Assembly (NCBI GenBank): GCA_050184605.1
Contig: JBFXAE010000004.1
Span: 217,723-281,722, forward strand
Direction of reading: 5' to 3'
Length of the DNA stretch: 64,000 nt
Origin: Hyphomonadaceae bacterium
GTDB taxonomy: Bacteria; Pseudomonadota; Alphaproteobacteria; Caulobacterales; Aquidulcibacteraceae
In this document: piece after piece, positions 49,767-58,074 of the stretch
Position numbering within the stretch: position 1 is the first letter of the stretch
How the letters are laid out: each line of letters opens with the position of its first letter
The notes under the pieces: model-generated
Told to the model about the DNA's origin: nothing
What the model saw: the letters and a program-made list of their open reading frames with translations, nothing else
The model's database searches: none
Made by a program: the position numbers and the translations under genes

Positions 49767-52700
49767 ATGGCCTTCGATTGGAAAGCGCTCGCGGAGCGCG
49801 TTGACCCGCGTAAATGGAACTGGTCTTGGGCCGCGCCCGCGCGCGACTGGGCCGTGGCGAACAGAGCCGTCGTGCTGGCGAGCTCGATTGCGCTGCTCGT
49901 TGGCCTATGGGGCGGGGCGGTGCTTGGCCGCGTCTCGCTCGGCGCGCCGGCGTTTGATTTCGCGCAGCTTGGTTCGATTGGCGCCGCCGAGAATGCGCGC
50001 GGCGCCAACGCGCCACGCGCGGGTCTGCCTGAAGTTGATGGCATGGCGTTCTTGCGCCTGCGCGCTGAGATGGATCGCGTCGAACCGCGTGCGTGTTTGG
50101 AATTCTCGCAGAATCTTTCGACCGACCCATCGGTCAACTTCGCAGACTATCTGCAACTGGAGCCGGCGGCGCCGTTCCAGGTCGATGTATCGGGCAATCT
50201 GTTGTGCTTGGGTGGTCTGCCTCTGGAGCCGGAGCGTCAGGTCACGATCCGCCAGGGTCTGCCGTCGCAGACCGGCGAACGCACCGAATTCGACGAAACC
50301 TTCACGCTCACCTTCGGCGACCGCCCCGCTTATGTCGGCTTTGCCGGCGGCGGCGTGATCCTGCCGCGTTCGGAAGCGGACGGCATCGCCATCGAAACGG
50401 TGAACGTGGCGCGCATCGAAGTCGAAGTGCTGCGCGTTCCGGACCGCATCCTCTCGCAGCATCAGCTCGACGAGGGCGACACCAACCAGGAGGGCGGTTG
50501 GGGCTATTGGAGTTTCAATAGCGCTGGCGAAGACGTCGGTGTTTCGGTCTATAAGGGCGAGATCGACATCGATACCCGCGTAAGAAATAGCGCGGTGACG
50601 ACCGTATTTTCGCTGGCCGGTGCGCTGCGCGAAATGCGGCCCGGCGCTTATGTCGTCAAGGTGAGAGACGTCACGCCGGGCGCAGGCCAGCGCGGCGAAA
50701 GCGATTATGACTCGCCGGCGTCATCCTATCGCTGGATTCTCTACACAGACATGGCGCTGCAGAGCTTCTCCGGCGCCTCAGGTCTCGATGTCGTTGTGCG
50801 GTCGCTGCGCACGGCGCGGCCGATGAGCAATGTGACGCTGACGCTGATCGCGGCGAACAATGAGGAACTGGCGCGCACGCGGACGGACCGTGATGGCCGC
50901 GTTCATTTCAATGATGCGTTGGTGAACGGAGAAGGCCCGTCGCGCGCCCGTTACGTGATGGCCTATGGCGCCGAAGGCGATTTCGCCGCGCTCGATCTGC
51001 AGCGCCCGAGTCTCGATCTCTCCGACCGCGGCGTCGATGGCCGCCGCGCGCCGGGTGATGTCGATGCGTATCTCTACACGGAGCGCGGCATCTACCGGCC
51101 GGGTGAGCGCGTGCGCCTCATGGGTCTCATCCGCGATCAAGTCGGCCGCGCAATCTCGAACCGGCAATCGACGCTCGTCGTCTATCGCCCGAATGGCACC
51201 GAGGCGCGCCGTATTCGTCTATTGGAAGCGGCTGACGCCGGCGCCATCGCAAAGAATATCGATCTCGATCGCTCGTCGCCGCGTGGCGTTTGGCGGGCGC
51301 AACTCATTGTCGATGGGCAGGAGGAAGTCGCCGGCTCGGTGAGCTGGTCGGTTGAAGACTTTGTGCCGGAACGTCTGCGGGTGCAGATCGAAGCTAGCGA
51401 AGACGTGCTCCGGCGCGGGCAATCGCGGCCGATCAATGTGCAGGCTGATTTCCTCTATGGGGCGCCGGGCTCTGGCCTCGCGGTTGAGGCGGAAGGTCGG
51501 CTGATGATTGACCCGAACCCGTTCCCGGAGATGGAGGGGTATAGCTTTGGCGTCTCCGATGAGAGCTTCGACGAGCGTTATTTCCAACTACCCGGCACGG
51601 TGACGGATGGCAGCGGCGCCGCGCAGCTTTCCTTCCAGCTGCCGGAGGAACCGCAGGTCACGCAGCCGCTGCGTGCGCGCATGATCGCAAGTGTCGCCGA
51701 TCCGGGCGGGCGCGTGGTGCGTGAAAGCTTCACGGTGCCGGTGCGCCTGAACGATTTCTATTTCGGCGTGAGGCCGACGTTCGAGAACCGGCGCGCCGGC
51801 CAGGGCGAAGTCGTTGGCTTTGATGTGATCGCGCTCAACGGTAACGGGCAGCGCGTCGCCGTGCGCGGCGTACAATGGCAGGTCGTGCGTGAGGAATGGA
51901 ATTACGACTGGTACTTGGACGGTGGCCAGTGGCGTTGGCGGCGGACAGGACGCGACATTCCGGTCGACGGCGCCACGGCTGATGTCAGCGCCGGGCAGGC
52001 GCTGCGCATCACTGAAGAGGGCCTGCGCTCGGGTTCGTATCGGTTGATCCTGCGTCGCGGCGATCAGATCGTCGCCTCGCAACGCTTCGGCGTCGGTTGG
52101 GGTGGCCCGGCTGATGATGACCAAACGCCGGACATGGTCAGCGTCGTTGCGCCGACAGAGCCGGTGCGTCCGGGTGCGCGTGCGCGTGTGCAAATCCGTC
52201 CGCCCTATCCTGGCGAGGCGCAAATCGTGGTGGCGACGGATCGTGTGATCGAAACACGCACCGTTCGTGTCGGCGCCGACGGCGCAACCATCGATCTGCC
52301 GGTGACGGCGGAGTGGGGCTCGGGCGCTTATGTGCTCGTGACCGTGATGACGCCGCGCGATCCGGTGAATCTGCCAGTGCCGCGTCGCGCGATTGGCGTC
52401 GGGTATGTGCCGGTTGATATGGGTGGGCGCACGCTCACCGTTGAAGCTGGCGAAGGCCTGCAGAATGTACGTCCGCGGACGCGCATCGAAGTGCCTGTGC
52501 GCGTGACCGGAGGCGGCTCGGGCGAGCGCGTGCGCGTTGCGATCGCGTTGGTGGATGAGGGCATCCTCAATATCACGAAGTACGAAAGCCCGAACCCGGT
52601 GAACTATTTCTTCGGCCGGCGCGCGCTGGGCGTGGAAATTCGTGACGATTACGGCCGCTTGCTCAATCCGAATCTTGGCGCACCGGCGACGGCGCGGCAG

Positions 52701-54800
52701 GGCGGCGACTCGTTGGGCGGCGAGGGGCTAACCGTTGTGCCGACCCGCACGGTCTCGCTCTATTCCGATATCGTCGAAGTGCGCGGCGGCCGGGCGATGA
52801 TCCCGATCGATGTGCCTGACTTCAACGGCACGCTGCGGCTCATGGCGGTGGCGTGGAGCGAGAATGCGCTGGGGCAGGACGCCGAGCAGATCGTCGTGCG
52901 CGATCCTGTCGTCGCTGAACTGATTCTGCCGCGCTTCCTGGCGCCGGGCGATCAAGCGCAAGGCGCGTTGAACATCGACAACGTCGAAGGGCCGAACGGC
53001 GCTTACACGGTGACGATCAGTGGCTCATCGACAGCGCAGATCGAAACGCAGCCGCGCCGCTTCAACCTGACCCGCGGCAATCGCCAACAAGCGATGATCC
53101 CGATCACGGGCGGACCGCTGGGAGTTGGCGAAATCCGTCTGCGTCTTGAGGGCCCGCAAGGCTTCACGCCGGTGGAACGCAGCTACGACATCCAATCGCG
53201 AGCGCCGTTCTTGCCGATCACCATCACCCGCACTGAGCCGCAAGCGGCCGGCGCGCAGTGGCGGGCGCCCTCCGATGCCTTGGCCGGCTTCCAGCCAAGC
53301 GCGCAGGCGTTGATCTCGTTCTCGAACCTGGCTGGCATCGATCCTGCGCCGTTGCTGGATTCGCTCTATCGCTATCCGTACGGTTGCACCGAGCAGCTCA
53401 CCTCGGTGGCGATGCCGCTACTCTACTACAATACGCTTGCGGCCGAAGCGAACCGCGCCGCCGATCCGCGCATTCGCCGCCGCATCCAAGAAGCGGCGAC
53501 ACAATTGCTCGATCGCCAAGCGCCGGACGGTTCGTTTGGACTATGGAGTGCGGGCGATGGCCACGCGACGCCGTGGCTCGGCGCCTACGCGACGGATTTC
53601 TTGTTGCGGGCGCAACGCGCAGGTTACGCCGTGCCACGTCAGCCGATGCAGCAAGCCTACAGCGCGCTTCGGCGTGTCGCGCGGCTGAACGATTTCGGCT
53701 CCGTGCGCTACGAGTTCGACGTCTATCGCTGGCCCGGTTCGAACGACACAAGCGAGTTGCTGCGTTCGCGCGCCGCCGCCTATGCGCTCTACGTTCTGGC
53801 GCGCGCGGGTGAAGCCGATATCGGCCAGCTCCGGTATTTCCACGATAACCGCCTGAACAATGAGCCTTCGCCGTTGGCGCGGGCGCAGATCGGTGCGGCG
53901 CTGGCCCACATGGGCGACCGTGCGCGCTCGCGCAACGCCTTCCGTCTGGCGGAGCGGGCGCTTGGCTATCGCAATATTGGTGACTGGTATCAGACACCGC
54001 TGCGCGATCTCGCTGGCGTGCTGGCGTTGGCCGCTGAAGCGGGTGAGACCGAGTTGGTCGATCGTCTGCGCCGCCGCCTCGAACGCGACGCACCGGACGC
54101 AGGCGACCTGATGACGCAAGAGCAAGTGCAATTGCTGCTCGCGGCGAATGCACTGCAAGAGCGCGCTGGCCCCGTGAACGTGACGCTGAACGGTCAAGCC
54201 TTGGCGGAACGCCGCACGATGGCGAACGCGCAGCAGCTTGCCGCTGGCCTCGTGTTCCGCAACGCGGCGCGCGGCCCGGTGTGGCGGACGACCGCGCTCA
54301 CCGGCGCGCCGATCCAAGCGCCGCCTTCGATGCGTGCCGGCTACACGATCGATAAGACCATCTACCGTCTCGACGGAACGTTGGCTGATCTAGGTTCGTT
54401 GCGCCAAGGCGATCGGGTCGTCGTCGTGCTCTCGGGCCAGCCCGAAGGCGCGCGCAACTTCCCGACAGTGCTCGTCGATCTGCTGCCGTCCGGCTTGGAG
54501 ATCGAGACGCTGCTTAATCCGAGCGATGGCGCGGGCGCGACGGGCTATGATGGCGCGACGCGCAACGGGCCGTTCGCCTGGATCGGCTCGATCACCTACA
54601 CGCAAGTGCAGGAGATGCGCGACGATCGCTATGTGGCATCGGCGAATCTGCGCGGCCAGTTCCGATACGCGTACATCGCGCGTGCGGTGACGCCAGGCCG
54701 CTACACGCTGCCGGCGGCGCAAGTCGAGGACATGTATCGCCCAGGCGTGATGGCGCGGACCGAGACCGGCACGATCGTGATCGCGCCGCGGGGCGGCTAA
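49767..54800 (+). CDS. Bacterial alpha-2-macroglobulin family protein (thioester-containing)
   Basis: 1677 aa with an N-terminal TM anchor, MG-domain repeats and the thioester motif YPYGCTEQ. Confidence 0.9.
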   Translation: MAFDWKALAERVDPRKWNWSWAAPARDWAVANRAVVLASSIALLVGLWGGAVLGRVSLGAPAFDFAQLGSIGAAENARGANAPRAGLPEVDGMAFLRLRAEMDRVEPRACLEFSQNLSTDPSVNFADYLQLEPAAPFQVDVSGNLLCLGGLPLEPERQVTIRQGLPSQTGERTEFDETFTLTFGDRPAYVGFAGGGVILPRSEADGIAIETVNVARIEVEVLRVPDRILSQHQLDEGDTNQEGGWGYWSFNSAGEDVGVSVYKGEIDIDTRVRNSAVTTVFSLAGALREMRPGAYVVKVRDVTPGAGQRGESDYDSPASSYRWILYTDMALQSFSGASGLDVVVRSLRTARPMSNVTLTLIAANNEELARTRTDRDGRVHFNDALVNGEGPSRARYVMAYGAEGDFAALDLQRPSLDLSDRGVDGRRAPGDVDAYLYTERGIYRPGERVRLMGLIRDQVGRAISNRQSTLVVYRPNGTEARRIRLLEAADAGAIAKNIDLDRSSPRGVWRAQLIVDGQEEVAGSVSWSVEDFVPERLRVQIEASEDVLRRGQSRPINVQADFLYGAPGSGLAVEAEGRLMIDPNPFPEMEGYSFGVSDESFDERYFQLPGTVTDGSGAAQLSFQLPEEPQVTQPLRARMIASVADPGGRVVRESFTVPVRLNDFYFGVRPTFENRRAGQGEVVGFDVIALNGNGQRVAVRGVQWQVVREEWNYDWYLDGGQWRWRRTGRDIPVDGATADVSAGQALRITEEGLRSGSYRLILRRGDQIVASQRFGVGWGGPADDDQTPDMVSVVAPTEPVRPGARARVQIRPPYPGEAQIVVATDRVIETRTVRVGADGATIDLPVTAEWGSGAYVLVTVMTPRDPVNLPVPRRAIGVGYVPVDMGGRTLTVEAGEGLQNVRPRTRIEVPVRVTGGGSGERVRVAIALVDEGILNITKYESPNPVNYFFGRRALGVEIRDDYGRLLNPNLGAPATARQGGDSLGGEGLTVVPTRTVSLYSDIVEVRGGRAMIPIDVPDFNGTLRLMAVAWSENALGQDAEQIVVRDPVVAELILPRFLAPGDQAQGALNIDNVEGPNGAYTVTISGSSTAQIETQPRRFNLTRGNRQQAMIPITGGPLGVGEIRLRLEGPQGFTPVERSYDIQSRAPFLPITITRTEPQAAGAQWRAPSDALAGFQPSAQALISFSNLAGIDPAPLLDSLYRYPYGCTEQLTSVAMPLLYYNTLAAEANRAADPRIRRRIQEAATQLLDRQAPDGSFGLWSAGDGHATPWLGAYATDFLLRAQRAGYAVPRQPMQQAYSALRRVARLNDFGSVRYEFDVYRWPGSNDTSELLRSRAAAYALYVLARAGEADIGQLRYFHDNRLNNEPSPLARAQIGAALAHMGDRARSRNAFRLAERALGYRNIGDWYQTPLRDLAGVLALAAEAGETELVDRLRRRLERDAPDAGDLMTQEQVQLLLAANALQERAGPVNVTLNGQALAERRTMANAQQLAAGLVFRNAARGPVWRTTALTGAPIQAPPSMRAGYTIDKTIYRLDGTLADLGSLRQGDRVVVVLSGQPEGARNFPTVLVDLLPSGLEIETLLNPSDGAGATGYDGATRNGPFAWIGSITYTQVQEMRDDRYVASANLRGQFRYAYIARAVTPGRYTLPAAQVEDMYRPGVMARTETGTIVIAPRGG

Positions 54801-54809
54801 GGAGGCGTG

Positions 54810-56876
54810 ATGCGTCGCGGCCCCCGTGTCGCGCTGCCGCTAACGGCGAGTGGCAAGCGTTGGGCCGCTGCGCTCGGCGTCTTGCTGCTGACCGTGCTGG
54901 CGCTGGACTTGGCGTTCGCGCCGCCGCTGCATCGCGTGCGTGAGGTTTCGCCGGTTGTGCTCGATCACAACGGCGAATGGCTGATGGCGTTCACGACGCG
55001 CGATGGCGCATGGCGGCTTGAAGCGCGGCTCGACGAAATCGATCCGGAGTTTCAGCGGCGGCTGATCGCAATCGAAGATGAGCGCTTCTGGTTTCACCCC
55101 GGCTTCGATCCGATCGCGCTGACGCGGGCGAGTATTTCCTATGTACGGGCAGGGCGCGTCACTCAGGGCGGCTCGACGATCACGATGCAATTGGCGCGGC
55201 TGCTCGAGCCGCGCCCGCGCACGATTGGCTCGAAGCTCATTGAGATACTCCGCGCCATGCAGATCGAAGCGCGGATGTCGAAGCGCGAGATTTTGGCGGC
55301 GTATCTGACGATGGCGCCCTACGGCGGCAATCTCCAGGGCGTTCGCGCCGCTTCACGCGCGTATTTTCAACGCGACCCCCAATGGCTCGACGATTCCGAG
55401 ATGGCGCTTCTGATCGCGCTGCCGCAAGCGCCGGAAGCGCGGCGGCCGGACCGGCATCCGCAAGCGGCGCGCGCGGCCCGCGATCGCGTGCTCGACATGT
55501 TTGTTCGTGCGAACCTGATCACGCGCCGCCGCGCGGCGGAAGGCAGAGAGAGCGCTATTCCGACGCGTTCGCCATTCCCATACTCGGCGCCGCATGCGGC
55601 CTATGCGCTGGTGCGGGAGAATCCGGGCGCGGGCGTGATCCATTCTTCGCTGGACGCGACGCTGCAGCGCGACCTGGAAGCGCTGGTGCGCCGCAACGCC
55701 GGATCGTTGGAACGCGATGCGCAGATTTCCATCCTGGCCGTGCAGATTGACAGCCGCGCGGTCCGTGCGCGGGTCGGGGGCGCCGGCCGTGATCGGGCCG
55801 GCGGCTATATTGATATGACGCGCGCCGTGCGTTCGCCGGGTTCGGCGCTAAAGCCGTTCCTTTATGCGATCGCCTTCGATGAAAACATCGCGGCGCCGGA
55901 GACATTGGTGCGCGATGCGCCGCGGCGCTTCGGCGGCTATCTGCCTGAAAACTTCGACCGGCGTTTCCACGGCGACGTTACCCTCGAAGACGCGCTTCGC
56001 CATTCGCTGAACTTGCCTGCGGTGGCGACCTTGGAGCGAATTGGCGCCGGCCGTTTCCGGTCGGCGCTGCTGCGCGCTGGAGCGCAGGTGCGGATGCCGC
56101 GGCGTGCCAACGCCGAGCCGGGCTTGGCGCTGGCGCTCGGCGGTGTTGGGATGACTCTCGAAGATTTGGTGCAACTTTATGCGGCGCTGGGCGATGAGGG
56201 CGATGCGCGGCCGCTGGTGACGGGCGATGTCGCACCGTTCGCGTTCTCGCGGCGATTTGTGCGTCCGGAAACGGCAGAGCGTGTGCTGGAGATTCTGGCG
56301 AGCTCGCCGCATCCCGCCGGACGCGTGCCGGCGCAGATTGCGCAAGGCGCGCCGCAGGTGGCGTTCAAGACAGGTACATCCTACGGCTTCCGTGACGCCT
56401 GGGCGCTCGGGGTTTCGAACGGGTACGCCATTGGCGTGTGGGTCGGGCGTCCGGACGGCGCGCCGCGTCCGGGCGCGACGGGGCGAAGCGAGGCGTTGCC
56501 CATTCTGTTCGAAGCGTTTGATCTGATCGGCGCGCCGCCGCCGCCGGAGCATGAGCAGGAGCTGCATGAGCCTGTTGCGCCGGCGCTGGCGCGGTTCGAG
56601 GGCGGCGAGCGCGAAGGGCTCTCGATTCTGTTTCCGCCGTCAGGCGCCGAAGTGCTTGTGCTGGACTACGGTGCGGAGTCGCGCGGGCTCTCGCTTTCCG
56701 CGCGCGGCGGGCGTGGGCCGCTGACCTGGTACGCCGAAGGCGCGCGCGTGCCGGATGAAGAAACCAGCGGCCGCGCGATCTGGCGGCCTTCGGCGCCGGG
56801 CTTCTACGACGTCACCGTCGTCGATGCTGATGGCCAAAGCGCCAATGTGCGCGTGCGTATTCGCGACCGCGGCTAG
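54810..56876 (+). CDS. pbpC: Penicillin-binding protein 1C
   Basis: Glycosyltransferase motifs [10 protein letters not shown] and GGSTITMQ. Transpeptidase SxxK motif SPGSALKP. It lies immediately downstream of the alpha-2-macroglobulin gene. ATG at 54810 follows GGAGG. Confidence 0.9.
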   Translation: MRRGPRVALPLTASGKRWAAALGVLLLTVLALDLAFAPPLHRVREVSPVVLDHNGEWLMAFTTRDGAWRLEARLDEIDPEFQRRLIAIEDERFWFHPGFDPIALTRASISYVRAGRVTQGGSTITMQLARLLEPRPRTIGSKLIEILRAMQIEARMSKREILAAYLTMAPYGGNLQGVRAASRAYFQRDPQWLDDSEMALLIALPQAPEARRPDRHPQAARAARDRVLDMFVRANLITRRRAAEGRESAIPTRSPFPYSAPHAAYALVRENPGAGVIHSSLDATLQRDLEALVRRNAGSLERDAQISILAVQIDSRAVRARVGGAGRDRAGGYIDMTRAVRSPGSALKPFLYAIAFDENIAAPETLVRDAPRRFGGYLPENFDRRFHGDVTLEDALRHSLNLPAVATLERIGAGRFRSALLRAGAQVRMPRRANAEPGLALALGGVGMTLEDLVQLYAALGDEGDARPLVTGDVAPFAFSRRFVRPETAERVLEILASSPHPAGRVPAQIAQGAPQVAFKTGTSYGFRDAWALGVSNGYAIGVWVGRPDGAPRPGATGRSEALPILFEAFDLIGAPPPPEHEQELHEPVAPALARFEGGEREGLSILFPPSGAEVLVLDYGAESRGLSLSARGGRGPLTWYAEGARVPDEETSGRAIWRPSAPGFYDVTVVDADGQSANVRVRIRDRG

Positions 56877-56880
56877 TGCA

Positions 56881-56918
56881 AAGGAAAAGGCGCGGACCGT
56901 GGGAGGACGGTCCGCGCC
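56881..56918 (-). terminator. Rho-independent terminator of mini-gene A (hairpin also follows pbpC)
   Basis: ggcgcggaccgt/acggtccgcgcc stem followed by TTTTCCTT on the minus strand. Confidence 0.75.
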
Positions 56919-56950
56919 TGGCAACTGATGTCGCGATCTCGGGGGAGGGA

Positions 56951-57043
56951 TTACGCGACGATCAGAGCAGCTTGGTACAGCGCCGCATACGCGACGGGTG
57001 CGAAGAGCACGAACGCTGCGAGGACAAAGGCGAGCTTTTTCAT
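56951..57043 (-). CDS. Mini-gene A: 30-aa signal-peptide-like precursor ending QAALIVA
   Basis: MKKLAFVLAAFVLFAPVAYAALYQAALIVA. It has an SD-like GGAAG, its own terminator and the conserved upstream motif. Confidence 0.7.
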   Translation of the reverse strand: MKKLAFVLAAFVLFAPVAYAALYQAALIVA

Positions 57044-57077
57044 CTTACTTACTTCCGAACTGACTTGTTGTTGCCGT

Positions 57078-57115
57078 GTTGACTATGAGATGCCGGTGAG
57101 GCTCTCGGTGGATGC
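57078..57115 (-). promoter_or_regulatory. Conserved upstream motif of mini-gene A
   Basis: Minus strand reads GCATCC-N16-GCATCTCATAGTCAAC. Confidence 0.6.
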
Positions 57116-57147
57116 GGCGCCGCGAATTTTCGCGTTGCGTTTGCCCA

Positions 57148-57181
57148 ATACAAAAGGCGCGGAGCCCAAGCTCCGCGCCTT
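57148..57181 (-). terminator. Rho-independent terminator of mini-gene B
   Basis: aaggcgcggagc ccaa gctccgcgcctt followed by TTTTGTATT on the minus strand. Confidence 0.75.
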
Positions 57182-57213
57182 CGTTTTTGACCGTCGCTGG
57201 CGGGTGGGCAGGA

Positions 57214-57306
57214 TTAGGCGACGATCTGGGCAGCTTGCGCAAAGATCGCGACGGCGACCGGAGCAAACAGGGCGAAGGCGGCGGCGATAGAAGCAATCTT
57301 GGTCAT
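57214..57306 (-). CDS. Mini-gene B: 30-aa precursor ending QAAQIVA
   Basis: MTKIASIAAAFALFAPVAVAIFAQAAQIVA. SD GAGGGAAA. Confidence 0.7.
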   Translation of the reverse strand: MTKIASIAAAFALFAPVAVAIFAQAAQIVA

Positions 57307-57333
57307 TTCGTTTCCCTCAGTGTTTCAAACTCT

Positions 57334-57371
57334 GTTGACTATGAGATGCCGGCGCCTCGGCGTTCGGATGC
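57334..57371 (-). promoter_or_regulatory. Conserved upstream motif of mini-gene B
   Basis: GCATCC-N16-GCATCTCATAGTCAAC, followed by a GTTTGAAAC leader. Confidence 0.6.
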
Positions 57372-57454
57372 GGCGTGATGAGATTTTTCTGCACTTCGTT
57401 TTCGCATCGCTGTCCGGGCAAAAGCGCGGACCTGGCGTTTCCGCAGATGACGCG

Positions 57455-57489
57455 CAAAAGAAAAGCGCGGAGCCTATTGGCTCCGCGCT
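57455..57489 (-). terminator. Rho-independent terminator of mini-gene C
   Basis: agcgcggagcc tatt ggctccgcgct followed by TTTCTTTTG on the minus strand. Confidence 0.75.
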
Positions 57490-57517
57490 TCGGGGGTTCG
57501 TCACGAGCTTGGGGGAG

Positions 57518-57619
57518 TTACGCGACGATTTGGGCGGCTTGCGTGAGCGTCGCCAGGGCGATGGGCGTGAACAGAGCCAGTGCGACGGCGAAAGCGGCGA
57601 GTTTAGAAATTGTGTTCAT
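57518..57619 (-). CDS. Mini-gene C: 33-aa precursor ending QAAQIVA
   Basis: MNTISKLAAFAVALALFTPIALATLTQAAQIVA. SD GAGGGAAA. Confidence 0.7.
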   Translation of the reverse strand: MNTISKLAAFAVALALFTPIALATLTQAAQIVA

Positions 57620-57647
57620 CTCATTTCCCTCAAGCGTTTCAAACTTC

Positions 57648-57685
57648 GTTGACTATGAGATGCCGCGCCGCGGCGGTTTGGATGC
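57648..57685 (-). promoter_or_regulatory. Conserved upstream motif of mini-gene C
   Basis: GCATCC-N16-GCATCTCATAGTCAAC, followed by a GTTTGAAAC leader. Confidence 0.6.
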
Positions 57686-57760
57686 ACGCTCCGCTCGCTC
57701 TCATGCAGAACAGTCCTGCGAAATCGGGATCTCTTACGCGCGCTCTGCTGGTGACCGCAC

Positions 57761-57797
57761 AAAAGAAAAGCCGCGAACCTCTAGGGTGGTTCGCGGC
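57761..57797 (-). terminator. Rho-independent terminator of mini-gene D
   Basis: gccgcgaacc tctagggt ggttcgcggc followed by TTTTCTTTT on the minus strand. Confidence 0.75.
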
Positions 57798-57832
57798 TTC
57801 CTTAATTGACCGTCGCAGGCGGGTTTGGGGGA

Positions 57833-57925
57833 TCAGGCGACGATCAAAGCTGCTTGGTTGAGGGTTGCGACCGCGGCAGGCGCGAAGAAAGCCAGCGCGG
57901 CGGCGATGCAGAGAAACTTGGACAT
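57833..57925 (-). CDS. Mini-gene D: 30-aa precursor ending QAALIVA
   Basis: MSKFLCIAAALAFFAPAAVATLNQAALIVA. SD AGGGAG. Confidence 0.7.
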   Translation of the reverse strand: MSKFLCIAAALAFFAPAAVATLNQAALIVA

Positions 57926-57955
57926 TTGCTAGCTCCCTTATTGGCGTTGCGGTTC

Positions 57956-57994
57956 GTCTGAACCTCTGATGCAGCTAAGGTACGGATTGGATGC
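57956..57994 (-). promoter_or_regulatory. Conserved upstream motif of mini-gene D (diverged proximal box)
   Basis: GCATCC-N16-GCATCAGAGGTTCAGAC, with the same 22-bp phasing of the GCATC boxes. Confidence 0.5.
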
Positions 57995-58074
57995 AGGGGG
58001 CGCTGTGACTCCCGTCACACGATCGTGGATAAGGCTCCCGGCCGGGGCTGGATGGGGCCCCGGCCGGGCCCGAA

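Noticed and set aside
57078-57093. Reading of GGCATCTCATAGTC as a sigma-54 -24/-12 promoter.
   Set aside because: The GG is present, but the -12 position has GT rather than the required GC/TGC. Copy D does not keep the pattern.
56928-57861. Plus-strand ORFs (120, 88, 117, 144 and 83 aa) that repeatedly contain 'VDYEMP'.
   Set aside because: The recurring VDYEMP is only the translation of the conserved regulatory box gttgactatgagatgcc read on the wrong strand. These ORFs run through terminator hairpins and have no SD, so the minus-strand mini-genes explain the conservation.
56951-57925. Mini-peptides as Flp/Fap type IVb pilins, given a TadG-like gene in the window.
   Set aside because: They lack the Flp motif (G/xxxxEY), are much shorter than Flp prepilins, and no tad machinery is adjacent.
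56881-57994. Could the ~260-310-bp periodic array be a CRISPR or other non-coding tandem repeat?
   Set aside because: There are no short identical direct repeats with unique spacers. Conservation is concentrated in ORFs (with synonymous variation), in SDs and in promoter boxes.
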